NCBI RefSeq assembly: GCF_009914755.1
Contig: NC_060933.1
From: the human T2T-CHM13v2.0 reference genome, Homo sapiens
Direction: 5' to 3' (one strand)
Length of the DNA: 64,000 nucleotides
Notes under the pieces: model-generated
What the model saw: only the letters and a program-made list of their open reading frames with translations
Told to the model about the DNA's origin: nothing
Database searches by the model: none
Program-made: the position numbers and the translations under genes
In this document: positions 1 through 14,729 of the stretch, one piece after another
Layout of the letters: each line of letters begins with the position of its first letter
How positions within the stretch are numbered: position 1 is the stretch's first letter

Positions 1-350
1 GCTCTGATTTAGGGTCTTCTAACGAGAGACACTTGCACGAGAAGGTGGAAGAGAAGGCACTGTTATTGCTCTGGAGTTAGTGAGCAGGTACAGGGTCACT
101 GGCAGATAGCAGATCTGAGGTTTTGCCAGTGACTTTTGGGGGTCTGCCTGAAAATCACCTACTTAGGTGCTTCAGACAACTGAGACAGGTGATGAAGGTC
201 CCCTGCAACTCCTGCCTTACCTGATTTCCTGAATACTTGTGGCAGTTTCCCTGATTTTCTTGTCTTACAATGTTTTGTAAACCCTAAATTAAATTTCCTG
301 ATTGAATAGCTAAAGAGGTTTCTGTTTTAGACTAAACCCTACTTGTCACA
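1..350 (+). mobile_element. 3' part of an old ERVL-class LTR (tentative)
   Basis: Ends in ...agaggtttctgttttagactaaaccctacttgtcaca, which resembles the 3' terminus of ERVL LTRs; heavily diverged. Confidence 0.35.
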
Positions 351-1285
351 TACTTCGAAGGGGCAAAGAATATATCCAAATAATTCACCTTTCATAAATT
401 ATTAAGAATCTATTTTTATGTAAGAATTCATCTTTTTCAAACGTTTATATTTTCATTATGTACCAATTCTTGTGGCAATGACTTACAAAATTTACTATGG
501 AGTCATGAAATGTATTTCATGCTTCTCATGACATCTGTTGTATATTAACATATGTTCATCTATCCTATGTCCTTGAAGAGTGCTATATGTTTGGTCTGTT
601 CTTATGTCAGAGAACACAAAAATACACACACCCACAACCTGAATTTTAGTTTGTAAATTTAGTGGCTTTGTCTGAAGCTTTTCTGAGCAAAGAGTAGAAG
701 GAGAGAGAGAAATGACCTGAATTCTTAAGAATAGCATCCAAAATTTTGACTCATATAGGCCAGAGTAAAGGGGAAAGGTGAGTCTTTCAGAGAAAACATA
801 ATCTTCGTGAATTAACTTTTTTCCTTCACAAAGATCAGGCTTAATCTTTGCTCCCTCTTGCCTCTCTCATATTTATTTTCATTTCCCAATCAGCAAAGGA
901 AATATGCTTAATTTTAGACTTAACCTGAAGCTCAACATTGTGGGTAAGGGGACTTGTTCTGAGCAGTTTAAATTCTAAGGCCTCATGATTATTGAATAAA
1001 CACTGAATGAAAATAGAGCGACTAAAATATCATGAGATTAATAAGTTTGACATGATTGTGTACGCTTTAGTTTGCTTATGTAGGACATTATAACTGAAAG
1101 AAATGCTCTGCAATTTTGTGGATGATGTCATTTGATTATTTGACTTTCCTAGAAAGGAATAATTTAGATGTTCACTGCCCAAACTATATCATCTCTCTTT
1201 CCTTCAGGGTGTGCTATAAGATTTTCAGTGTAAATAAGATGTCAAAAATTGGAAGCCCAAACCACAGAACAAAGATGGCTTGCAG

Positions 1286-1820
1286 ATTCATCTATGTATT
1301 CAGTCCTTCATTTAAAAAATCATTAATGAAGTTTCTACTATATGCCAGCCTCTGTTCTAGGCACTGGGGACATAGCCATGAGCAAAATAAACTAAAATCT
1401 CTGTCTTCGAGTAGTTTACATTCTATTGTTGGAAGAGATAGAAAACAAATCCAATAAATAAAATTCATAATATTAGAGGAAGACAAGTGTTTTTGAACAA
1501 AATCAAGTTGGGAGGAAGTGTGGGGAGAGGATACGATTTCAAATAGGGTGGTCAAGGAAGGTCTCACTGAGGTGAAGACATTTAATAAAAGACATGAAGG
1601 AGATGAAGGAATGAGCTATGTGGCTATGTAGGGAAAGGGTGCTCCTGATGAGGAAAGTGCTGGTGCAGTGGCCTTGAGACAGGAGAGTGCACTGCACAGC
1701 TCAGGAACAGCTGGGTCAATGTGGTGGTGACAGAGGGAGTGAGAGATTGGTAGGAGGCTTGTAGGAAGGAGGTTAGAGAAGTAGCAAACACCTGTTTGTA
1801 GCCATTATGAAGACTTGGGA
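1286..1820 (-). mobile_element. L2 (LINE2) 3' end
   Basis: attcatctatgtattca...ctactatatgccagcctctgttctaggcactgggga is the reverse complement of the L2 3' terminus. Confidence 0.8.
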
Positions 1821-1960
1821 AATGTGTTCTGCTAATCCAAACACAGTTTAAAAGTAATGTATTTTATAACATCTGATTTCTGATACCCCTAAGATTTGGC
1901 ATTACTACATTGTACATTACCACATTATGACAACAAAGCTGAGCAGTAGTTGCCCCTTGA

Positions 1961-2302
<342 letters not shown>

Positions 2303-3773
2303 TCCAGTGCTTCCTATTTCCGATATTCTCACACTTGGCCTGCTTTATTAGGACCTAAATTGATTTTTGTTTTGTGTCTTTATAAATGAGGGGTCAATTG
2401 GCAGCTGCCTTAGTCGCTTCACAGCCAAAGCATTGATGGAATGACTCTAGGCCTTGGGAGATACAGTCCTGGCAAGCGGCTCCTTTTGGCTCCCTTTGGA
2501 GTCCACATTGTTCTATGAATGACCACAAGCCACATGTATTAATACATGACAAAATTTGCTGTCTCATCACAGCACTACACATCCAAGTGTCTGCCATCTG
2601 CGCACTCAGGAATACATGTGGCTCTGGGCCCGGACATCATCGACTCAGTTGTTTTAGTTTCACTTTGGACATTCAGAGCTGCCTTTTGATATGAGGTGAG
2701 GTTTTTAAAACAGTTTGTTTTTGTATTCAGAGTTCAGTTTTATTTAACAGATAACATTGGGGAATAGAGTTTAGTTGTGTATCCATGTATATGTGTGTGG
2801 TTGACATGAACAAGGAGAGAGAGTAAAAGAAAGGGTGTAGTCCATGATCCAATCAAAATAAAATATACTGACTCTTTCACATTTGTGGCACATTTGATCC
2901 TCTGCTAACTACCAATATCCAGGATTTGATCTGGACTGGTTGGAAAATCCACAAGGTCTAAAAATGATCAAATGTCCTCTCTATGGATGATTTTCTTTTC
3001 TTAAATATATTACAAAATATATTTATCCACACCTCATGACTCAGAAGCTATTATATTTTCATCTTCCTGATTCTGGTAGCCAACAGTTAGGGTTGAGTCA
3101 GTCAAATGTTTCCAAAATGAGTTACAGAATGTACACTTAATCATAATAAATGTCATTGTATACAGCAGACTTGTTCTGGGGCAGTACCAACTTGTGCCTG
3201 GGACATTTATGTATTTCGAGATGTTTTTAATTAAATGAACATGAGTAAGAATTACTTTTATAGCTAACCTGACCCATAATAAGTCTGCTTTAAAGAATAA
3301 TATTTAGATCATAGTTTAGAAAATTCAAGTTGAAAACTTCAGAGTAAATTTAACTCAAAAGCATTTAAGGTGACAAAGAGACATGGATATTTAATAATTT
3401 CTTTAAAATGATTCAGGTGGATAACGGATTCACCCTCAAATGACTGGCTTTGATACTTCTCCCCTTGAGTGAGAAAAATGCTTAAAAGAGCAGGAACTGC
3501 ATTTTAAACTGGTTGTAAAAGGGGTTCCTGGTTTGTTTAGGAATTACGGTTTCTCCAGCTCAGCAAGAGCTGAGCCACCAAACTTACAGAAAGAGACTCC
3601 ACAGTGTAAAACACTAAAATAACAGGATCTCACTGGGTATGAGTAAAAGTGAAGGTAATTGCAGCTATGGCTACAGTAAAAGTAAGCAGAAAACTGAACG
3701 TTTAGCAAATGAATACACTGTAAATTGTCCATTTGAAAAATGCAAGACATATTTGTTACAATTCAGTGTCCAC

Positions 3774-4136
3774 TGTTGACTTCCTAGGTTGGATTTCGTG
3801 GGAGAGAGACCCAGAGCCAGAGATTTGTGTACTGGAAGTTTATTGTGGGACTTTTGGGAGTAAGACCCAGGAGAGAGTGAAGGAAGAACTGGCAGAGAAA
3901 GAAGCTGATCTGCAATTCAGTAGCAATGAAGGCCACAGTCAGTCCTTTGGGGAGCTCTGGAGCTGGGATGGCCTTTCAGAATTGTCCTAAATTGAGGCAA
4001 GGAGCTCTCTTTGGCCAAAGGCATTTCTGAGGCAGGGACACATTTGTAAACCTTCAACAGCTAATGTGGCAGCTGGGGCAATAAATGTCTCAGTCATGAA
4101 TAGGAAATTTGGGGAGGGTATTCAGCATCCACTACA
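3774..4136 (-). mobile_element. ERVL LTR (LTR33-like)
   Basis: Minus strand starts tgtagtggatgctg; body ggggagctctggagctgggatggcctttcag is typical of LTR33/LTR16-type LTRs. Confidence 0.6.
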
Positions 4137-4314
4137 GTTAATATAGTTTCATCCTTCAAAGACAAGAGAAGCTATGGCAGTCAAAATGGTAAATGATGCA
4201 TAGACCTCACTGGATTAATACCACATACTATCACAGGAAATAGGGTATGTTGTGTAATTTGGATGCCGAAAACCTGAGATCAAATTTCAGCTTGATCATT
4301 TATTAGCTGCAGAC

Positions 4315-5150
4315 AAGATGAGCTACATAATTTTTAGGGCCTATTACAAAATGAAAATGTGGAGTCCCTTATTAAAAAGGTAGAAAAAGAGTGCCATTAA
4401 AAGTACTAAAATGAAATCTTTTTTCTTCCTTTGACAGACCATCTTCAGCTTCTTATGGTGTTTTTATTTGTTATTTAATGTTCTAAATAAAGAAGATTTT
4501 AATTTAAATTATTGGCATGAATTTTATCATTTCATCATATATCTTTATATTGAGCAATACCAGTTTGAAATGCATATATAAGAGCATTTAGTTTGAATAC
4601 ACCCATGTATTTTATTCTTACCAGAACAGTGAAAACACTGCACTACTTCAACTGTTTTATTTCATTTCTTGATATAGAACACTCACATTCTGCCAACACT
4701 CTCTCCTTTCAACTTATGAATAAATAAGGAAAGACTTTTTAAAAAGTGTGCATTGCCCTATCTTTCCTTTTCCTTCTGTGTTATAATTTTCAGCATAAAG
4801 GATTGGCTCGTACAGGGAAGTAACATGAGTATAAAAGATTTCTTTGTCATTTGTGTTACTTAGCACACTATTGCCCTCTTTTTGCATTTAAAGCAAATTC
4901 TGGTTTGAATAGTAAGCTTGCTCAGTCATAGATATGACACACTTACTTTGTACTGATTTTTGGTTTTACTGACCTCACACATTCCACAACAGAATTCTGT
5001 GCTCATGGGATGGGAAAGAGCACACACTATGTGTAGCCCATCTGCTTATGCATATGTTCCCTTGTCCCATCTAACTTCACTTACAAAAAACAACTTCTAT
5101 GCAGCTGCGCAGGTGACATCACTGACACTGACTATGAAGTTGACTCTAGC
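4315..5150 (+). mobile_element. hAT-Tip100 DNA transposon remnant (MER115/Zaphod-like) inserted in a MIR
   Basis: gctacataatttttagggcctattacaaaatgaaaatgtggagtccc resembles the Tip100-family terminus; MIR pieces lie on both sides (~4240-4310 and ~5153-5290). Confidence 0.55.
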
Positions 5151-5489
5151 TAGGGGACTTTGTAAATCATCCAATCCCTCTGAGCCTCAGTTTCCTAATC
5201 TGCAAAATTGGGATAATTATACTTAGCGTGCAAATTTAAACAATTACCTGAGAACCTAAAGAGACAATATATGTAAAATAGTTATACAAGGGGAGAAGAA
5301 AACTAATGTATACTGAGCTTCTGAGTCCCACTTCGGCTATTCCAAAATACTTGCCTCAAGATCACTCCAGACACACTTTATCCCTTGAGCCTTTGTAGAT
5401 TTCTTAGTCTTAGGAAATAATTTCAGCCTCTCTGAGCCCCTTCACCTGGTATTACTAACTCATTGTCAAATTCTACCTTTGATGTCACT

Positions 5490-6200
5490 TAATTTAACAA
5501 ATGTGTATTAAGCACCTAATATGTGCCATGTGGTATGCTAGGGGGCAGAATGGGGTTAAAGTTAGCAACCATTCTCAAGACTGGTTAATTTCCCCTCTCC
5601 TTTGAACTTACCTCTGTCATAGCATGTATCACACTATGTTATATTGCCTGTTTGTAGGTCTGCATCCCATCTATACTGTCTCCTTGATCTCCATCATAGC
5701 TGTAGTACATACACTGTGCCTGGTATGTAGTAGATACTCACTAAATTTTTTTTATTGGCTGAATGAATACCAGCCATTATTGGAATGCAAGGTAAAGAGG
5801 TTGATCAGCAGTTGAAAGGATGACCTGGATGAGGAGAGAGGAATGAACTGAAGAAATAAATTTGGATAAGAAATAAATGTCTTAGCATATAGGCTACAGA
5901 AGTCATGGAAATAGAGGAGACTTTCCAGGGAGGGTATGTATAAGGAGGAAGAAACCTGGGATGGAGCCTAAGCAACATGTACATATCAGGAGAGACATAG
6001 GCGGAAGGACCTGGGAAGAAGACTAAATCAGTGCTCACGGGGAGGTAGATGAAGGATCAGAAGAAGGTGTGATATCTGAGAAATTAGATGAACTCATTGA
6101 TTTTGGTGATTAAAAGATGTTATAGATATAATAAAAGTAATTTCAGTGTTCAAAATGAAGTTGATTAAAGAGTGAATATGATTTCAGGAGAATGTCAAAT
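5490..6200. mobile_element. Cluster of L2 fragments in both orientations
   Basis: aacaaatgtgtattaagcacctaatatgtgcca (-); cactgtgcctggtatgtagtagatactca...gaatgaat (+); purine-rich L2 body (-). Confidence 0.6.
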
Positions 6201-6999
6201 TAGGTTCATTGCACCATTTACATGAAGACAGAAATATTTAGGGTCCTTGATAACAGAACTTGTATAGAATCTTAACTATTCTTGTGACTTCAATGGGAGA
6301 AATTGCAAAAAGCAAAGAAAAGTGGAAAAGAAGAGGTCCTTAGAAATGTTCAAACTTGAGGGCAATTGAAAGAACAGTCTACAATTAGCAAGAGTAATTA
6401 AGAAGTGATAACTGGATCTAAGTAGACTGAAGTTCAACAAATGTGTCACCTTTAAAGTAAGCAATAAGTTATGAAAGAGAGGCAGGAAGGATGGGGTGTT
6501 CATAGAACAGCTTGCTGTGGAAGGAAAGCAGGAGGTTGCTAAAAGGTTCTTCAAATTCATAGCCAAGGTACCCTGATGAGACTGAGGGTCTCACAAGTTC
6601 AGTCATTCTTGAAAGGAATAGGAAAGGCTTTTAGTAGTTAAGTAGGAGAAGAATTGGCCAGAGATACGTCACAGAATTGACCTGCGGCATTAAGTGCCAC
6701 AGGATAGTGGAAGGCTATAACATTGTAAACGCAATAAACCCACTATTGGGTGATTTCATCCAGCAGCACTCAGCAGGCTGTGAGTAGGAACAGAAAAGAA
6801 TGAGCCATTTGATTGATCCAAGTCTGGATGTTTACACGGTGTGTGTCAGAAGGACAAGAGGATGAGATTTGATAGTTCTAATAAAAGAGACTTGAAAATG
6901 ATCAATCATATAGTTCAGTGTGAGTAAGAAAGAAAATACGACAAGAATGGACTTGTAAATAGTAATAACGAGATATACAACACAGAAGTTAATATTTAT

Positions 7000-7230
7000 T
7001 GTGCTTTTATTTAAGCCAGGCAGAGTGCTACCATCTTTTTGTACGTTACCTAATTGAATACTTTCAACCATCCTGTGAGATGGGAACTATCGGTAATATA
7101 TACCACTTTGAAAATGAGGACGCTGAGAGTTAGGATGAATAAGCAACTTAGCAGCTTTTTTAGCTACTAGGTAGTAGAGCTTGGACTTGACTTCAGGTCT
7201 TTCAGCTCCAAAGTTGTTCAATTAAGGACT
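7000..7230 (-). mobile_element. MIR
   Basis: caaccatcctgtgagatgggaactatc...aaatgaggacgctgagagttagg is the reverse-complemented MIR core. Confidence 0.7.
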
Positions 7231-10200
7231 ATAAATACTAATGACAGCAAAGCAAAGATGAAGATGAAAGCAGAAGCTCCCTAGATGAATTGGAGATTAT
7301 GTTGAGTGGACTGAATGTTAGATTTTAAGATATTTCAGAGGTAAGTAGTCCATCCAGAAGATGAAAAGACACAGAAAAGTTGGTGCTTGAAGGGACTTGT
7401 AGGGAAAGATGCTGTTCCCCCCGGGGAAGGTGGACCCTGCCTCCAGGCATGGATATTGAGGAACATCCAATCATTTTCAATAAAATAACATGTCTAAATT
7501 ATATCCAAGTCACAATGCTACACTCAAATTCTCCCTTTTCCACAAAGATATCTTCCCTGATTCTCTTTTCTGGAAAGAATTTATTCTTCCTTTGAACTCA
7601 CATAATTCCATCTTTGCCTGGATCATACAATAGTATTTTGTTTATTTGTATATATATCTTATTTCCCCTGAGCCACATACCCATGAGTCTGTTTCATCCG
7701 TAAATTTTCTAAAGCCTCTAAGATAGTTTCTTGCATGTGTAAGATGATCAATTTAAAAGATGTTGAAAAGACTAACAAAATAAAACTTCAAACATTTTTT
7801 AACATTCAGATGGGAATTGGGTTTGATGCTTCTCTTCTGCCAAAATATTTTTAGTGTTTTTATTAGTTTTTATTAGTATTTAAAAATACTAAAAGCATTT
7901 TTAGTGTTTTTATGTTCCTTGAATATTTGAGACCCTTTTGAACAGAATATAAAGTTATATCGATTTTTAAATAATACTATTGCATTTCTCAAGTGAATTT
8001 TAAACTAATTATATATTAAAGAGATTTCCTAACTGCAAGGTGACAGCATTGCAAATATTTCTTTCATATAAACCTATAAAACAAAAACATAGGTTGTTTT
8101 CTGTTGGAATGTACCTACCAGTAATCACAGCTATATGATTACTTCATATTGACTGACTGGCCTAAACATTGGAAGATAGTACTGGCATTTAAAAATTATT
8201 AAAGCAATGTAAACAAATATGCTGTAAACTCTGATTTTGATTGGTGTTTAATTTATTGAGAAAAAAATGAAGGTGAGATTTTGACACATTTCAGTTTATT
8301 CCACATTAAAAAGAAAAGTAAAACCAAGCTTCTGACTTTCATAAAAATTAATTTTCTTCTAAGGAGGAAACCTATTTATTTGTGCTGTTACTGATGAATT
8401 TATATTTAACTATTAAATTATTGTTGTATTATAATTCTGAGCATGTTTCTATTGAATTTAAGAAAGGCCATTTGAGTTTAGTAAAACACCTGCAAACTCA
8501 GATGAGTGTGAAATGCTGGCTGCATCTGAGCACATTTAAAATAATGTGTTTATTACTCAATTAAAATCCCAAGTAATATGCTACTTATAAATTAGAACTT
8601 ATAAAATAAAGCCTAGGTTATGATGCAAAATCAAACTGCTGTATTTAGTGAGTAGAAATGTGAACTTTCCAACATGGTATAAAAATCAAATATAGTTGGG
8701 GCCGTAGGCAGGTGCCTGGCCCTCCTTCAGTGCCTCAAGTGGGCTCCTGGAGGTGACCCTCTGCAGGGGGTAGGGGCACACAGGGAGTCACCAGGAGCAG
8801 CCCGCGGGTGTTCAGGTGCCCAGGAGCTCCAGGTCACACTTTTGGGACAGCCCCCCACTCCTCACCTGGCCTTAGGCCATGCCTGGAGGCAGGGTCCACC
8901 TTCCCGGGCCGAGGGTCTTTACTCTCCTCTCCATATCAGGGCAAAGGGCAGTGTTTGCCCCCAACCCAATCCCATTTCTGTTCCCTCCCTTGGAGGAAGG
9001 GGCATTGTGGGGATGGGACGGACAGTCCTTCCTCTTGAGTCAGGAAAGTGTATAGAGGAACTATCTAGGGCTGAGCACTTGGGCGAAATGGGGAAAATGA
9101 GTATAGGAACTGGTTTTTGGAAGCTTTGGTGGCTTGAAAGGTGGTCTGTCTCTTTGGGGGAAAGAGGAGAGGGTCTCCCACCACCGTGTATTGAGGCATG
9201 ATGACAAGAAGGTGTCACGTGCTGCTAGGACTGACCTCTTCAGCTCCATTTACAGCCTCCCCATGGCCTGGAGGGGTGGAGGTCTGTAGAATGGGAGGAC
9301 TTTGCCTCCTTTCAGGAAACAGACCGGCTCCTGGGCTGTCTCAATGCCTCTGGGGCTGTAGACTGGCTCCTCCCAAGATCGCAGCCAAAATTGTAGGTGA
9401 TGCTGCAACGACAGTGAATAACAGCACTCCAGATTTTGGTCTAGGGGGCCATAAGAGACAGTTGGAAGATGGAGATCAACCGGAGAGCAAGAAGCTGGCT
9501 TCCCAGGGAGACTCAATCAGTTCTCAACTTGGACCCATCCATCGTCCCCCAAGGACTTCAATGACAGAAGAGTGCAGGGTCCCAGACGGTGTGGTGGGCC
9601 TGATCTTTGGCAGAGGGCGCGAACAAATTGACAAAATCTAACAGGATTCAGCCTGCAAAGTACAGATTACTCCAGGCAGCAGTGGCCTACCCAAGCACAG
9701 TGTGTCCTTGACAAGAGCCCCAGAATCTCTCCAGAAAGCGAAGATGATGCTGGATGACATTGTGTCTCGGGGTCATGGGGGGCCCCCAGGACAGTTCCAC
9801 GACACCGCCAAAGGGGGCCAGAATGGCACTGTACAGGACATGATCCCTGCGGGCAACGCCGGCCTGGTCATCGCCAAGGGCGGGGAGACCATGAAGCAGC
9901 TGCAGGAATACGCTGGAGTGAAGATGATCTTAATTCAAGATGGTTCTCAGAACACGAATGTGGACAACCCTCTCCGGATCCCTGGGGATCCTTACAAAGT
10001 GCAGCAAGCCTGCCAGATGGTGATGGACATCCTCCGGGAACGTGACCAAGGCGGCTTTGGGGACTGGAATGATTACGGATCTCGGACTGGCGGGGGCATT
10101 GATGTGCCGGTGCCCAGGCATTCTGTCGGCGTGGTCATTGGCCTGAGAGGAGAGATGATCAAGAAGATCCAGAATGACGCTGGCGTGCCGATACAGTTCA

Positions 10201-10680
10201 AGCAAGATGATGGGACAGGGCCCGAGAAGATTGCTCATATAATGGGGTCCCCAGACAGGTGCGAGCACGCAGCCCGGATCATCAACGACCTCCTCCAGAG
10301 CCTCAGGAGTGGTCCCCCAGGCCCTCCAAGGGGTCCAGGCATGCCCCCGGGGAGGCCGAGGAAGAGGCCAAGGCAACTGGCGGCCCCCTGGCGGGGAGAT
10401 GACCTTCTCCATCCCCACTCACAAGCGCCGGCTGGTCATCGGCCGAGGTGGCCAGAACGTGAAAGTCATAAACCAGCAGACTGTAGCCTTCGTAGAGATC
10501 TCCTGGCAGCTACCATCCAGTGGGGATCCCAACTTCAAGTCGTTCATCATCCAGGGTTCGCCCCAGCAGATCCAACACGCCGAGCAGCTTATCGAGGGGG
10601 CCCTTCAACCAGGGGCCACCTGGGCTCCCCCGCGTGCCTGGGGGCTCCCTCCTTACCAGGGCTGGGGCAATACCTACCCA

Positions 10681-10960
10681 CAGTGGCAACCGCCTGCTCC
10701 TCACGATCCAAGCAAAGCAGCTGCGTCTACCGCGGACGCCAACGCCACATGGGCCGCCTACTACTCACATTACTACCAGCAGTCCCCGCCCCGTCGTCGG
10801 CCCCGCGCAGGTCCCCGGGGCTTCACCCGCTCAAGGTGAGCCCCCTCAGTCCCCGCCCACCGGCCAGTCGGACTACACTAAGGCCTGGGAAGAGTATTAC
10901 AAAAAGATCGGCCCAGCAGCCCCAGCAGCCGGAAGCGCCCGGCAGCAGGACTACACGAAG
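10681..10960. promoter_or_regulatory. CpG-island-like segment with GC boxes inside the KHSRP retrocopy
   Basis: About 24 CpGs in 280 bp (hand count); ccccgcccc at 10784-10792 and ccccgccca at 10851-10859. Confidence 0.5.
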
Positions 10961-11358
10961 GCCTGGGAGGAGCACTTCAAGAAGCAGGCGCCAAGTGGCC
11001 ACCGGAGGGAGTCCAGGAACTCCCCCAGGCTGCCAGCCAGACTACAATGCAGTCTGGGGAGAATATTACAGACAGCAAGCCGCTTACTACGGACAGATCC
11101 CAGGTCCCGGCAGCCATGCATCAGGGACAGCAGCAGGCTCAATGAATGGAATGAATGTGAACTTCTTCATCTGTGAAAAATCTTTTTTTTTTTTTTCATT
11201 TTTTTCTGTTTGGGGGCTTCGGTTTTGTTTGGCGAGAGAGCGATGGCTGCCGTGAGGAGTATAGGGGAGCCCTTGCGGCAAGCTTGGGGGCTCAGGGACT
11301 TGGGAGCGTGCCGGGCCCTCACTCTCTCGCCCGTTCTGAGTCTCACATGCTTTTTCTT

Positions 11359-13716
<2,358 letters not shown>

Positions 13717-13876
13717 CATGCTTTTTCTTTCAAAATTGGGATCCTTCAGGTTGAGCCAGCCAGAGAAGATAGCGAGGTGTAAATCTCTCCAAAAAAGAAA
13801 CCTTACAAATTAAAAAAAAAAAAACAAAAACAAATAGCAAAGCAGAAGTTATTAAGTTATATATCTATATATAAAA

Positions 13877-14130
13877 AATATTTTTAAAAGGTAAATCATT
13901 TGTCTCATGACCTAGAATGAAACTAGCACAATAATTACAAATAATTTTGTTTGTCTATATACAAAATTTTAGATTGGTGCCATTTTATGAACAATACTGC
14001 ACTTTTATAGTTATTTTGTGCAATTTTATAGTAATAGATATTTCTAGGTTCTCTGGTGTTCTTGTACGTGTTGATTTCTTGTTCTACAAACTACGTATTT
14101 GTAAAAGTGGGGTAGAGATTTTAATTTGTA
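13877..14130 (+). repeat. ~254-bp inverted duplicate of 17771-18026
   Basis: Hand alignment to the reverse complement of 17771-18026 gives 13 substitutions and 2 homopolymer indels; near-identical spurious ORFs at 13947+ and 17954-. Confidence 0.97.
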
Positions 14131-14238
14131 TGTATATATAAAAGTCTCTATTCTCCACCCCTCGGCATTCCTGAACCTGCCTCTCTGAGGATAAAGCAAT
14201 TCATTTTCTCCCACCCTTAGCCCACTTCTTGCTTTTAA

Positions 14239-14244
14239 AATAAA
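14239..14244 (+). terminator. Polyadenylation signal AATAAA of the retrocopied mRNA
   Basis: AATAAA lies 12 nt upstream of the poly(A) tract starting at 14257. Confidence 0.8.
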
Positions 14245-14351
14245 CTTCTAAAAAGCAAAAAAAAAAAAAAAAAAAAAAATCAAACACAGTTAACATTGAT
14301 TTTATTTTCTACTTTGACAACTCAAGTTTTCATTTCCAAGCATGGCAATCA

Positions 14352-14729
14352 TGTTATTGTGCTGAGGTTGCCGTAAGAAAATACCACAGACTGGATGGCT
14401 TAAACAGCAATTTATTTTCTCACAGTTCTGAAGACCGAGAAGTTCAAAATCATGGTGCTGGCCGATTCAGTTTCTGGTAAGGGCTGTCTTCCTGGCTTGC
14501 TGAGGCTGCCTTCTCACTGTATCCCCACATGGTAGAAAGAGAGAGCTCTGGTGTCTCTTCCTTTTCTTGCAAGGGCACCAGTTCTACTGAATTATGGCCC
14601 CATGCTTGCGGCCTCATTTAACTTTTATCACTACCTTATAGGCCCTAGCTCCAAATACTATACTATCACACTGGGAGCTGGGCTTCAACATATAAATTTG
14701 GGGAGGATACAAACATTTAGTCCATAACA
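14352..14729 (-). mobile_element. MaLR LTR (MLT1A/B)
   Basis: aaataccacagactggatggcttaaac...tttattttctcacagttctg...ttagtccataaca. Confidence 0.85.

Noticed and set aside
9702-11255. 517-aa ORF as a functional KHSRP retrogene
   Set aside because: An in-frame TAA lies upstream (9639). The ORF leaves the KHSRP frame after KH3 (~10350). GxxG loops are broken in KH1 (GRGR) and KH2 (AKGG). GC-rich sequence stays open by chance. Ribo-seq or dN/dS well below 1 would be needed to revive it.
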